Assembly (NCBI GenBank): GCA_002189035.1 | Contig: NEEC01000019.1 | Span: forward strand, 682,001 to 746,000 | Direction of reading: 5' to 3' | Length of the DNA: 64,000 bases | From: Utricularia gibba | Lineage: Eukaryota; Plantae; Magnoliophyta | Part shown: in pieces, positions 14,534-28,229 of the stretch | How the letters are laid out: every line of letters starts with the position of its first letter | Position numbering within the stretch: the stretch's first letter is position 1 | Made by a program: the position numbers and the translations under genes | The notes under the pieces: model-generated | The model's database searches: none | What the model was told of the DNA's origin: nothing | Seen by the model: the letters and a program-made list of their open reading frames with translations, nothing else

Positions 14534-15338
14534 GGGAAAAATCATTTTTTAAGTCATAATATTTAAGTCATTTTCATTTTACAGTCAAATACTTTAACTT
14601 ATGCAAAATTAAATAAAAAAGTTTACAAATAAACTCAATTTATGGCATTTTGACTAAAAAATATTTTAAAATTTGATATATATATATTTTAAATAGAACT
14701 AAAATTTAATATATATTTTTAAAAATATTTTAAATTTTTAAAAATTATTTTTCTCAATTTTTAATATTTATTCTATGATACTTTACATTATCCAATTTTT
14801 TTTTTAGATTTAAACATCTTAATAATAATACGTGAACATAAATAATATTTTCTTATATTTTCTCTAAAATACTACGTATCCTCGTATGTTTATTCCTCGA
14901 TTACATCAACTGTATCACACATACTACACAAGCCTTTTATTTTGATACTTGAATTTGCATAAATATCTTTGATTAAAATTGAAATACTAAGATATAAAAG
15001 AAGTTTTGTATATAGAATTATTATTTCTATAATATCATTTTGTAGTAAATTATAAGAAATGAAACTAGAAAAAATTGTAATAAATTTTCATAATTTTTTA
15101 GTATTTTTTTCATATATTTTTAAAAAATTTACAATATTTTTAAAAAATGTATATTAAAATTTAATTCTCTTTAAAAATATTTATCTCAAATTTTAAAAAA
15201 TTTTAAAATAGTTTTTAACCGATATACCATAAATTGAATTTATTAATAAATTTATTGAATGTATTTTGCATAAATTAAAGTATTTGACTGTAAAATAAAA
15301 ATAATTAAAATATTATGACTTAAAAAACGATTTTTCCC
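14534..15338. mobile_element. Non-autonomous Mutator-like element (MULE) with long TIRs
   Basis: Both ends read gggaaaaatc(a/g)ttttttaagtcataatattt..ttttacagtcaaatactttaa(c/t)ttatgcaaaat when the right end is reverse-complemented, with homology over roughly 230 bp. 9-bp flanks tacatttta / tacttttta match 8/9. Confidence 0.82.
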
Positions 15339-16398
15339 TACTTTTTATAAACAATTTATATTCGAAATTATGAAATTATATATTTAATTCTTTATATTAT
15401 CAAAACTAATATATTTTGATCATATTATCATTATAATGATACATCATATAAGATGTGATATAATCATCATCATTTTAAATTATATTAGATGCACATTTCC
15501 AATATAAACATTGTCATCTTGAATTACAAACATGATATAATCCAAATAATTGTATTATTTGATTCATCAAACTTCATACGTGAATATAAGAAATCCTAGT
15601 ATGAAATTTTATTAAATTTAAAATTAGAGTTGGATTATGGTGTCATGAATCTGTTTATTTTTTATAAATTTTGAAATTATTTGGATCTTCGTTGTATGGT
15701 TTTAACAATTTAAAGTATTTTTTTAATTTTAGAATTCGAAAATTAAATTATTTATATTGATGTAAACTTGTTATTGTTTTTCTAATTTTTTCTTTTACAA
15801 ATACATATGCATATTAATATTCAATTAATATTTTATTTGATTCTATTTCTTCAAAAATTAATTTATGAAAAAAATTTCTAATAAAATGTAAGTTGGATAG
15901 TTGTATTTTAAAAATAAAATATTTCTAGATTACTGTTTTATTAAAATAAAATATTTATTTTTATTTGTGAAATCCATTTTCACAAATTATTGAAATTAAA
16001 TAATGGAGCGAAGCGGGGAGAAGCAGACGCGGAAATTATTTTAATGGCATCGACCCCCGCAAAGCTCGTCGCCAGAATGCAACCGCCAGTTTGCGTTTGT
16101 CGTCTATCGTTGCCCAGAAGGAGAACGCGGTGAGAAGGCCTGAAACCGCCAAGCCCCGCCAAGCCCCGCCGCGCAGAATCCTCCGGCGGGGCCGCCGCTG
16201 CCTGTTCAAAATTTTGTAAATTTTGCTTGACTTTTTGATGACTTGTTCCCACATTGATTTCTCCGCCGATCGTTTTTTGAGTCTCCTTTTCAAACTCGTC
16301 CGCAGGTAATCGTCAAAATTTTTATTTAATTTGGTTTTTTTCGTTGTGAATCTGTGGTGGAGAAGGATTTCGTTTGGTGTTTGAGGATATCATCGGGA

Positions 16399-18972
16399 AT
16401 GGAGTCCGGTGAAAATTCGGAAGCTTCCGCCTTCCATTCAGGAGGGCAAGGAACTTACACTTCTTCAAACCTTGTTCGATCTTCTCTATCCACCTTGCTA
16501 GGGATTCTAAGAGATAGGCCGCATCATTTGGAATCGGGTGATGGAATGACTTCCGGCAACAATTATCAACGCCTGCAGCTTAATTCAATTGAAGCAACTC
16601 CATCGTCTGTGAATAGCGATCGCGCTGCTGAAGAGGTGTCTATTAGGATCACTGGTCCTGATGAACTTGAGCATGATAGGAGTTCAACCGCCAGTGCTTC
16701 ACAGTTTAGTGCACAGGCAGGAGCGTTTATACAGCCAATTTCAAGACCAGGATTTGCGGTTCCCCTGTTATCCTCATTGGAGCATGCTGAATTGGGAGTT
16801 GGACATGATTCCGGAAATGTTTCTCCTATTGAGCATGCTGGTGATAATCCGGATACTGATGATGAAGTTGGCATCGACAATAGGGATTCATTGTCTCCTT
16901 ACCAAAGAAATGATATTCAGATGGCTGCAAGGTGGATGGAACATGTCCTTCCTTTCTCGTTGCTTCTGTTGCTAGTGTTAATACGGCAACACTTGCAAGG
17001 TATGTTAATCGGTTGCGGATTTCAATCAATAATTACGCTTTTGATTTCCGTAGCTTTAATTTTTTTCAACTTGGTGTCGCAGGATTCTGTGTCACCATAT
17101 GGGTTACTGCTTTTTTGTTTAAGTCGAATGATATTGTAAAAAAGCAGGCTGCTCTTAAGGTAGTATTTTCTTTTCCCCTGAATTTTGCTGTAAAACGAAA
17201 AGCTCATTCAGATACAATCTAATAATGCCTCCGTTAGTTAGCATTGTAATGTTTCTCTTCAGGGCGAGAGACAAATTTCTGTGCTCATCTGCATTTCCAT
17301 TCTTTTGGCACTTCATGTTGTGGGAGTTTACTGGTGGTATCACAATGATGAACTGCTTTACCCACTAGTGATGCTGCCACCTACGACCATTCCTATTTTT
17401 TGGAATGCCATATTCATCATTATGGTAAATGGTATAGTCTCTTCCAAGCTACTTTGATTTATGAGCTTTTAGTAAAATGATCCACTGGGGTCATGATTTC
17501 ATTTTTTTGATTCTTTTACTAGATACGCTGGTTCGACAGGCAGCAATGGTGTTCAAGTGCGTGGTACTCATGCGCCACAAAAATGGCACTCACAACTACC
17601 GTAAACAGGTACTTTTTAATTCTCAGAATTTTTATTGTACTCAGTGTTGAAATCCGATTCGAGTACCCATTCTTCACCTTGTATACTATAGATGAATAAA
17701 AGTTATTTGATTCAGGTTCAAGTTCTGACAATGATTGAGTACCTGATGCTTCTTTATCGCACTCTTGTTCCTGCCCCTGTTTGGTATCGTTTCTTTATGA
17801 ACAAGGAGTATGGGACAATATTCTCATCACTAACGACTGGACTCTATCTAACTTTCAAGCTAACTTCTGTTGTTGAAAAGGTGACTAATGCTCCCTTTAT
17901 TCTTATTCCCTGGTCTACGTTTGTGATATTTGGTGTCTGTTTATTTATTTGAAACATATAAAGAGGAAGCACAACCCATTGACTAGTTCTGATTTTCAGG
18001 TTCAGACATTTGTTCTCGCTCTGAAAACACTGGCAAGGAACAACATTCATTATGGAACATATGCCACATCAGAGCAGGTGCTTCATTTCTTGCATTATGA
18101 TTATCTATACTGCCTTGACATGTTTTTAAGTGCTCCTTGAAAAACCATTTGGCAATGGTGTGCGCGATTGTTTTGTTTGGAAGGAAATATTTCTGAATCT
18201 TCCGTTGCCTTGACATCCATGCGATCCTAGAGGCGGAGCAAAGATGTTTCAGTATGCATATGATTACGGAAAGAAGTGTTCTTAGTAGTTCTTGTTGTTT
18301 TAATAATTTTCCTTATCTCTTGACTGAAGTCTGTTTGCGTTGCTCATCTCATATTATATTCCACAGTGTAATGGTGTGGGAATGAATTTGCATTTAACTG
18401 ATGCAGGTTACGACAGCTGGAGATTTGTGCGCTATTTGTCAGGAAAAGATGCATCTTCCTGTTATCCTCCGTTGCAAACACATATTTTGCGAAGAATGTG
18501 TATCTGAGTGGTTGGATTTCCTCCCTACCTTCTTTCACTCTTTCGTACTTCTCTTTACTGCTAAAATGCTAGTTGGCATCAAAACCTTTAATCTGATTCT
18601 AGTTAAAACGGTGCTTGTGCTGAAATTCTTGAGAGATGAATACAACTGTATATTTCCTGAAACATCATCTCCGTTTTGTCGGCAACTTTGCCATCATGGG
18701 CTTGTACTAAATGATATATATGCATACTCTCGCTTGGGTTCCGTGTTTCTCACACCAGTAATCCCCAGCAAAAGCTTTCCATTTGGATTTCGTTCTTGTG
18801 CTATGGGTCCAGTTCTTAATCTCTTTGCACCAACTATTCTAAGGTGATAATTGTTTCATGGCACAGGTTCGAGAGAGAACGGACTTGCCCTTTATGTCGG
18901 GCCTTGGTTAAAACTACCGATCTCAAATCTTTTGGCGATGGATCAACTAGTCTATTCTTTCAGTTATTTTAA
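16399..18972 (+). CDS. RING finger and transmembrane domain E3 ubiquitin ligase (RNFT1/2-like)
   Basis: Spliced exons are in frame: hydrophobic segments ([34 protein letters not shown]) and C-terminal [45 protein letters not shown]; ends [10 protein letters not shown]-stop. Confidence 0.92.
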
Positions 18973-19500
18973 GTTCAAATTCTCATGCTTACTCCATTCA
19001 ACCCCAGATTCTCACGATATTATAACAAGCAGCCCGCACGTTTCCTCAGGTGATATTTTCTTGAAATGACTACACATCTGGAACAGAATTGCGTTGATAG
19101 TTGTTGTATGCCTTTAACCAACTCCCGAAACCATACTTTCCGAGTGTGAATAGCTCGTTGATACACGGGTGAGAAATTCTGTTGGATCGAGGAGTCATTA
19201 ATGTATTTATGTATCTTTCCTTCATTCCCATTTGTGTATCTTACCATTAATATATTTATGCACCTTCATGAGCATATTCTCATTCTGCAGTATCACCCCA
19301 TCCCCCAGCCTTCATTGGATGATTTTTATAGTAAATGTGCTGCTTATGGGAGACGACTTGTGTGATTCCAAACTGTAGATTTTATTCAATCAAGTAGGCG
19401 AAGGTGGGGACCCCTCATAACATCATCAAATCTACAAAAGAAAAAAAAAAATGCACAGATTCCAAGCGTGTGAATAAACTGGCTGGCCATCAAAGCTGCT

Positions 19501-22340
19501 TCAAAACAGCAAGTTGAGGTATAGAATGATCCATCCAGCCATGGAGAATATGGCAAAAATGTGAACCCAGAATAAAACTGCTGCAGCTTCCCGCCCACAA
19601 CCTCGTAGACTCGCAACAGCACCTGAAAGAAACCACCACCAAAACAGTAGTGCACTTAAAACTGCAATTACATGCACACCCAAACATGGAGCCGTATGCA
19701 AGAGCTGCGGTGCTCACCTGCTAGCACAGAAGTAGGCATCGAGTGCTGCAGTAGGAGTACAAACCGAAACATTTTATCATCTGGAGGCAGTAACCCAAGC
19801 TTATCAGCAAGCATCACAATGCCTAGTCCGGTCGGGGGAACCAAGACCAATCGAGCAAAGATGATAGATACGGTCGTCCGGATGCCGAGTTTTGAACTTC
19901 CGGGGCCTAAAATGATTCAGTTTAGGGGATTACCATTCACAAACAATGATGGCAGAATGCTGGTTGTTCCAAACTTCACCAACAAGAACTTACCATTCAC
20001 AAGGTTTCCCCCAAGGCCAACAATATGCAAGGAATCATGGCGTCCCTATTAAAGGCCAACAAATTTGTGAGACCAAGCACATTCATTGCTATTGATTCTC
20101 CATTACTAAAAAGAAGCGGTTTAGAATGAGTGCAGCATACCCGAGAATCATACAGCTGTCGGTGAAAAAATAGAGGGGAGCATCTGAAGTGAATATTAAA
20201 TTCTTCAAAAATGGCACGCATCCTATGGCTATTGCCAGGATCTGCAGAAAAAGGAGGAAAATTAAAGCATAAATCACCTGAGTTACTGGATGAGTTTTAT
20301 CTAGCAGCAGAAACGATCAACTAAAAGCTTGCTATTTTTAGCTGAATTGGATCAAGGCAGGCCAATCAATCAAAGCAGGGAACATGGCTAGATCAGTAGC
20401 ATAAACATTAAAAAAATGGAGTGGCATGCTTTGCTGGACTTCGTATAAGAAACTGGACTTACTGATGCAATAATTGGGGGTTGAAGTATTTGCTTGAGCT
20501 TCAATTTATCATATACATACACCAGGAAATTTTTAACCTACATGGGCAGCAAAGGAAAAATTATTTTCAGCAGTCACTCCACTTTAGACAAATTTACATC
20601 TGTTCACGAGTTGTTCCTGATAAGTACAAGGGAAATATCGAGTTAAGATACAAGAATAGAAAGCAATGGAGGTATTCGATGTCAAATATCGTTCAAGAAT
20701 GGTGCAGATGCAGCATGAGTAGAATGATTTTACGGGGTGGGAAAAAATTACAGCCTCGAAGTAAGCACAGAATTTGAATACAAATTACCTTATCTTTTGT
20801 GGAGACACTTGATTGAGCTGTTGCACTCTCCCCAAAAGGAGGGGAATCTGCTGCTCAGGATCAACAGCAACAGCAACAGAGCTAAATTTTGTAGGACTCT
20901 TGATGGCCTGAACTGGCTCATCGACGTCAAAGGTCCCCTCCGGTGGAGGGGCAAGCATGTGAAAAACATAGGTATAAAGTACGATTGCTCCCACCTGAAT
21001 GAGAGAGACTATTCTGAGATCCAGTGAAAAAAGTTTGAAGCAGTCACTAGAACAATGAAATGGTTACAGGAAAGTCATAGTCACTTTCGATCAAAATTTT
21101 ATGGTTTTTTTTTTGAAGAGAATATAATGGCGTTAAGACAATATATTTATTCATTGGAAGACCTACTCGAAATTCAATGACAGCACCTACGAATTTACTC
21201 AAACAAACAATAAAAAGATGGTGAGGAACTAAAAACTTATTTCATCCCTCCATTCAAGACTCTACTTGCAGTAAACTCTGAATATGGGAAACTAGTTTAT
21301 TAGTACCCATTGTCCAAACGAGATGTAAGCATTCCCATCATGAGAACATTTAGCCGAGTCTCCGAAAGGATTTGATTTGTCACGACAGAGTGCAGCAATC
21401 AAAACGAGAGGCACATTTCCAATATTTCCTGCAAACAAAAAAAATGTATGATGGTCCAAGTATAAAGGCTGAGAGGTCACCATCTGTGAAATCATACGTA
21501 TGAATTTATAAGGATAAATGCATCAAATATGCATGTTTGACAGTAAGTAAAATCATATGCATCATCAATAAGTCACTAATATACTCAGCCATCTCCATCT
21601 TGATAAATTAAAAAAAAAACAGTTGGGAATCACTGGAGATGACCTAAAAAGCTCAACTAAATTCTCAATAATCTACAGAATGCTGCCAAGTGTAAAACAG
21701 TGATGAAATACAAACCTATTCCAATTTGAATTATAGTGAACTTGAAATATGGATACGGGGGCCGGATAATAGATGCAACAATGAGACCTATAATGGATCC
21801 AGATATGGTTCCGAGAATAACATTAAAAGGGATGAACCACCTGCATCATCAAAATAACACAATAGTATAGCAAAATGTTTTAACGCAAAGAACAATCATG
21901 TGCTAGAATGAAAACACACCATTCTAACATCTTTTCCCAAGTAATCGCTTGACCCAGTTGAGAAAAAATCAAGCATGGTAGAAGAAGAGAGAAGACCAGC
22001 TGCATCATGTAACGGAATCAGTAGACATCAAAAACATCCTTATGAAACACGCAAAATCACCGTTCACAGAGCTCGATCCAAAAAAGGGGGAATTTTTATT
22101 CACTAATGCTACAAAAAAATGGATCAGTAACTAGAGTTTGCTCACCCCATTCAATAGCTTTCTTCCGTTAGCAGGTAGAATATTTACGTACTTCGATGCC
22201 ATCATAAAGCCCAAGAAACACATAGTGAAAACCTTGGCTATAGGCAACACGGCGATCTTAATGGACCCAAGAAGCGATTCACCGCCTCTTTGGGGCTCCA
22301 CTATCATCTGAATCAGTATCCTTTGCATTCTATCCGCCAT
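19501..22340 (-). CDS. PILS6: PIN-LIKES auxin carrier, PILS6-like (one apparent 1-nt deletion)
   Basis: Motifs IKIAVLPIAKVFTMCFLG, GNIGNVPLVLIAALCRD, AYISFGQWVGAIVLYTY, KLKLKQILQPPIIAS, FVLLLQHSMPTSVL, AAAVLFWVHIF..LNLLF. The loop exon ending at ~20788 is one base short of joining the next exon in frame. Confidence 0.93.
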
Positions 22341-23002
22341 CTCCAAATCCCACAACTGGAAGCCCTACAACTTCTCTGTCATTCACTCACACCCAAGGAG
22401 GGATCACTTCCAAACAATATTCCAGAATCTCGAGCAAACACCCAGAGTTGTGCTTCCTCCGAACGCAGTCCGGAAACAGAATCACCAAAATAAGAATCCC
22501 AGGAACTTATCAACAAAAGCGTTCAATCAACAATGATTAGATATCACAAAACCCAGTCAGTCAGCTAAAACGCACCAGGTGGACGACCCTCCCAATAAAA
22601 AAAAAAGGAAACCCAGGACAGCACGGCTGATTCCCCCCACACCAGAGAAAACAAAAGAAAAAAGAAAAACACTTGAAACGTAGAAAAGGAATCAAAAAGG
22701 CGGTTGCAGCAGTTGTTTGTAGGGACGAATTCAATGACGGTGATGGCAATAGGAACGTGGTGGTCGGCAATGGAAAGGAACAACGCGAAATTCCGATTTG
22801 CCACAGTAACAAAAGAGACGTAGCGGGCTGGAAGTCCGCTGGTTTCCCGGAGTTTCGCAACGCCACGACGTAATCATCACGGTTCACATGAGGGAGGCTG
22901 TAAAGAAGAAAGTTCTTCGAAAGATGAAAAAATATAATATTAATTTATATTTTAACCGATTGGAGAATTTTGTGGAGTCCTGAATTTAAAATATTATTCA
23001 TA

Positions 23003-23548
23003 TCAAGGAACATAAACAACGGTGCGCATCATATCCTTGAACTCCACGAAATCCACCCGTCCATCGTGATTACGATCAACGGACGAGATCATCTTCTCCA
23101 CTCTCTCTATCTCCTTGCCCGCCTTCCTCCCCAGTTTCCCCAGCACTCCCTGCAACTCCCTCGCCGAAATGTAACCGTCGCCGTCTTCATCGAACACCTT
23201 AAACGCCTCTTTCAGATCCGAGTCCTCCGTCTCCGCGCCGCCGCATTCCACTCCGCCGAAGAACACCTCGTCCAGAGATCGGTGCAGCGCCTCGAAATCC
23301 TCGTACGTCAGGCCATCCTTCCCCGGCCGAATGTGTTCCTGCACAATCGACTCCACCTGCGATGGATCCGCGTCGAGGCCTAGGCGGTTGAGCGCCTGCC
23401 GGAGCTCGTCGACGGTAATGACGTTGTCGTGGTTCTGGTCGAATACGTCGAATATGCGGCGGAGGCGGACGGAATTCAGGCTGGCGCTACGTAGGCGGAA
23501 GGTGGCGCCGGTTTTGGTCTCCTGTGCCATTGATGTGTCGCTCTGCAT
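23003..23548 (-). CDS. Calmodulin-like EF-hand protein (CML42/43/CAST-like), intronless
   Basis: SFRLRS-like N-terminal motif (FRLRSASLNSVRLRRIFDVFD); EF hands DQNHDNVITVDE, DEDGDGYISARE, DRNHDGRVDFVE. Alternative start at 23530. Confidence 0.93.
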   Translation of the reverse strand: MQSDTSMAQETKTGATFRLRSASLNSVRLRRIFDVFDQNHDNVITVDELRQALNRLGLDADPSQVESIVQEHIRPGKDGLTYEDFEALHRSLDEVFFGGVECGGAETEDSDLKEAFKVFDEDGDGYISARELQGVLGKLGRKAGKEIERVEKMISSVDRNHDGRVDFVEFKDMMRTVVYVP

Positions 23549-24075
23549 TTTTTCCTCCGATCGCGGATCATCGCCGTGAGATTATATACACGTCTGCAGG
23601 AGGTGGGAGATGAACTTGGAAACGACGCCGTTTGATGCCGACGCTGGCGCGCAATCCACGCGCAGCGAAGAGAACCGCTTGGCGCGGGATCGTTCTCTCT
23701 GTTCTCACCACGTGTCGTGATTATGCAGCAAGTTAACAAGCGAAGTTTAATGCCATACCCAAAAAAGAAACATATTCTTAATTAAATATTTTGATAATAT
23801 TATATATAGACTTAATAATACATTATCTATCAGATAATAGATTTTTTTTTCCTCAAAATAGCCATCTTTAGAAAAACAGACTTTAAGTAACGAAAATTTT
23901 TATAGTATATTTCTATTTTTTTCATAATTACTTTAGAAAAATAAAAAATAATTGATAGAAATATAAATATATTATAATTATTTTATAAAACTGTAAAAAT
24001 AGATTTAGAAATACTTTTCAAACTAAAAAATTATTTTGTAAAAAATTATTTTTAGTAGTTTTTAGTTTTTTAAAG

Positions 24076-24078
<3 letters not shown>

Positions 24079-24126
<48 letters not shown>
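24079..24126. repeat. (TA)n microsatellite, about 24 units
   Basis: Directly visible tandem TA run. Confidence 0.95.
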
Positions 24127-24130
<4 letters not shown>

Positions 24131-24563
24131 AATAAAATAATTTTTTAAGATTAAAAAATATAGATCCATGGATAATCATTCAAAATTTTAAAAATAACAA
24201 GATTGATTAATCTCTACATCCATTATTTTTTAAAAACACCTTTTAAAAGTTTTAAAGTTTTAAAAATATATTTGAAAAGCTTAGTTAAAAAGTAAAAATT
24301 AGATGAAAAAACAGCTCATTTCTGATTTTTTTTCAAAAATAATTTTTATAATATAATTTTAAAATTAATTTTGATAAAATTATTTTTATAATTTATAGTA
24401 TTATAGAATAAAACTGTTTTTATTTTTTAGAAAATAGACACAATCCCTAAAAATTTTCCAAAACACTCATTCATATTTTATTTTATACAAATTTTAAAAA
24501 GTTCTACCACGTGTGGGTAGAAAGTTTATTGTACAAGCATCTGCCGAACTGGCTTGATCGGCT

Positions 24564-27500
24564 TCATGTTAGAACACCCTTGAGGTACAATGATGCCTGC
24601 GTGATTACTCTGGAGACTCTCCAGACTTCGTGCTGTACCTCGTGCCATGATTCAGTAGTGTTCAGGCGCTCTGCGTTTTCAAGCGCATCCGCTATCCCCG
24701 GAAACAACGACGAGCCATAGTCGTCGTGCTTCGCAGGTGCAAAGATCTGAAACCAAAGAAATGATCACTCTGGGGACGAAGCTGATCAACTTGGCATCAA
24801 ATGCGGGAGCCTACCAGGTGCTTATACCAGGGTCTCTCTTGAAGCCCTTCCCTGTCGATGAACGCACGCTCGGTCATCATGAGTCTGTCATTCAAATCTC
24901 TAATCCTGAGCCCGTGTTTGGAACTTCCTATCCAGCCTTTTCCTCCCTTGTGCTTCTACAGAGAAAAGAAAAAGCATTGCAGCCATGCATAGTGTAGTAG
25001 TTCCTTTTGAATTTGTGAAGCTCAAATGATTCATCTCTTACCTGGATTTCTTCGTTCACGCTAATGGCTGCTTTTTCCAGTTGAGAAATAGCGGTGAACA
25101 GGGGATCAGTGGCAATGCCTTTATTCAGGACTTTATCTTTCAAGCTCTGTGCTCCTTTCTGCTCGGTGTGTTGGATTCTCAGGAATGAAATGTTGGTGTA
25201 GTGTAGCTTACTTCATAAAAGGCTAAACATACCTGAAGTTCAGCAGCATAGGAAAGATAGTTGAAGGGTAAGATTTCATCATCTGCTAGCCGGAGGGCTA
25301 ACAGACCCCAAAAATTTGACACTGTTTGGACCACATATAGATCACTGTTAGAAGAAAGTTGAATTTCTGACTACTTGTGCGAAATAAAAGCTGTGAAAGC
25401 CGCTGTAATTTCTCAATCTGCTGTTTTCCAGAATTTCAGTGCAGCTTCTGAAGAGATTACCTGCAACATGCCTGTGGAATCCTGGATCTCCATATCTACT
25501 CATCCATATGAAATCATCATACATTGAGTGGTACACTGGGTATCCTGCGGATATTAATCCACTCAACCCTTAGCTGCACAGTTTAATGCCTTATCTAAAA
25601 CTTAAAGAACTTCAGATCAGTGGTTTCCATGATCAAATTTACCCAATATACTGTGAACATTTATCCCCACTGGTTTGGCTGGGTCTTAACTCATTGCTCA
25701 TTCATAGTTCCATGTTGTTTTCAGAAAAAAAAAAAAAAGACTATAGAGAGGCCTCCAGACTTAGCACACCACATTTTTACCATGAAACAGAGTTCTAAGA
25801 TCTGACCAGACTGTTAAATGGTACGAGGCAACAGATAAAGTATTTACCTTCACCGTAGCTCACATCTGTTGCTGGAATACCAATGTGATGCAAGAAAGGG
25901 GAAAAATCAGAACCCCCACCTCCAAGCCTCCCAATCTACGTGAACAAAAAATAAGGAAGGGCTTAAAGGATTCAATCATAGATGTCAAGGAGATACTGTG
26001 AAATCTTACCACGGGATTCTTCATGGGGCCAGACCATGAATCATACAAGGTCTGAGATGAGTTGCCTGGGTCCGGAACCTTGGAGTAACAGAGAATCATT
26101 AGCTAATCTTATCAAAAAGCCTAATCACATTATATGTGTGTTGGCAGTTTCAGGAAAATACAGAATCAGAGAATACACTCCGATTTTATGACAATGAGTT
26201 CAAGACTGTGTCATTCTGATCAAGGAAATTGTTCAGTACCTGCTTTGCAATTTCTTTAATCAATTCATCAAGTTGAGGGGTTGCACTGGCTTCAAATCCA
26301 GTGCCGCATACCGCAATATCAACATTCAAGTAAGCTACTGCTTTTGACATTAACACTTGCCTGTTTTCTTCAACCCATTCCGTAGATCCTATCTGAAAGA
26401 GTGAAATAAAGGAATCAGGCAACGTTTGCATCATCTTCTATTAACTTAAAATTGAGTTTGCGAGTAGTGATAATGAAACTTGAAAAAGCAGAGTTTGAGA
26501 AAGACCAAGCCAGGCTCCTCCGCATCCCAATTACAAAGAATAATTGTTCTCCTAGGCTTCCACCCTTTTTTTCTCAGCCTTTGCAGTCTCTCAGCAACCT
26601 ACATTTTCATTTTAAATTCTTTACACAAAGAGAATAGTAGTCCATGTGTGAGAAAAAAGATTTTAATTAACAGAGCAAAGGTTTAAACCCCAAGTGTGAA
26701 TAGAGAAAGAGATGAAACATGTCCTAAAAAACTGTGATCTATGTCTGAAATAACTGAGAGAAATTATCAATCACATCAAGAAGTGATGCGGTGCCACTAC
26801 TGGGATCAGCAGCTCCAAACGTCCAAGCATCCCGATGATTACCCAGAATCACAAACCTGATAAACACCAACACTCGCACATTACATTGCAGTATTTGAAT
26901 TATACTAAATGGCAAATCATATTGGCATATAACACAAGTCTTATATAAGAGAAGCACACCTATCAGGTTCTTGTTCTCCTTCAATGATTCCAACAACATT
27001 CTCTATTCTCTTAATGTCATGATTCCCCTGCGGATTACAAAAACCAATCCCACCATCCATCAGCAGAACAAGCACATGCTAGATTGATTGAGCATGTTCA
27101 TGTTGTGGGAGGCTCATAGGCCTGATTCTATGGACCAAGAACTTTACCTGATATGTCAAATTCACAATTCCTGGTCCTGGTCCAACTCTGTAAACAGGAG
27201 CATCAACACCACCTTGCCAATCATCTCTAGCTTTTTCTCCACCAATTGATCTCATAATCACTTCTCCGTCTGCCCACGAAATTGGAAGAGATGGAATCAT
27301 CACTAAATCCCCTGTTTTCTCCGCTTCATCAATCGATAACCGCTCACAACCGGCGGCGCTCGGCCACCCAGGCGTCGTCGGGTCGCCAACCCCGTTATAA
27401 ACCGAGCCCACCTGAACCCCTGTCGGCGGCATCCATTTGTCGTCGGGAAACCATTTCGCATCACCTCCGCCGCCGCCGTAGTCTTTTCGGTCAGTATAAA

Positions 27501-28077
27501 TCAGAGCTCCTACTGCGCCGGCGTCTTGGGCGTTCTGCACTATGTCCCCTCTGAATATCTTCCCATATTTCGCTAACGCTCCCCGACACATTAACCCCCA
27601 TTTCAGCCAATACAGCGTAATCATCCACCCGGCCGTAGTTCACGTACACAACCGGGCCAACGGCGTTTCCCGATTTCGCGTACCCGTGGTAGGTGGGCTG
27701 AACTTGGTCCGCCACATTTGCGTAAGGATCGCCGTTGTAAATCTCCTGCCGGAGAGTGAACTCAGTCGGCGGGTCATTCAGAGACAGAGAACGGGACACT
27801 GGGTAAGTCAGGAGAATGTCGTAAGGAGCTACGTGAGTGTCAAAACGCAAGGAAGTGAGAGTAGAGAGAACATAGCCGGCAGCTTCGGCGTTGGCCTCGG
27901 AGCCGGCGACGTGGGGACGGCGCGTGAGTATAAAGAGATGGTTTGATATTGAATCATTCCGAGAAGACGCGCCGGAGAGGAAGAGAGAACGGTAGTGGGA
28001 GACGTCGGTAAACAGCGGAAAGAAGAAAGGGTAAAAAGCAGCGACGGCGAGGAAGGCCTTCAGACCGCCGATGCCAT
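24564..28077 (-). CDS. LAMP1: Glutamate carboxypeptidase II-like peptidase (LAMP1/AMP1 family; two apparent deletions in exon 1)
   Basis: Motifs [87 protein letters not shown]. Downstream exons are intact. Frame breaks lie just after the ATG (~28063) and at ~27575. Confidence 0.92.
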
Positions 28078-28229
28078 TGCAAGTTGCAAAACACCACTAC
28101 ACAGTAGACAATTGACTAAATTTATTACAAAAGGATATCCACCCGATCATTTGTCTTCATTGTCTCAATCATTAAAAAAGAAACACCTTTTGGTGATAAA
28201 AAACCAAACTGAATAGCTCATAAGAAGAA

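Noticed and set aside
22565-22804. 79-aa ORF upstream of PILS6
   Set aside because: No recognisable similarity and it runs into a T-rich intron-like tract; most likely a 5' UTR exon.
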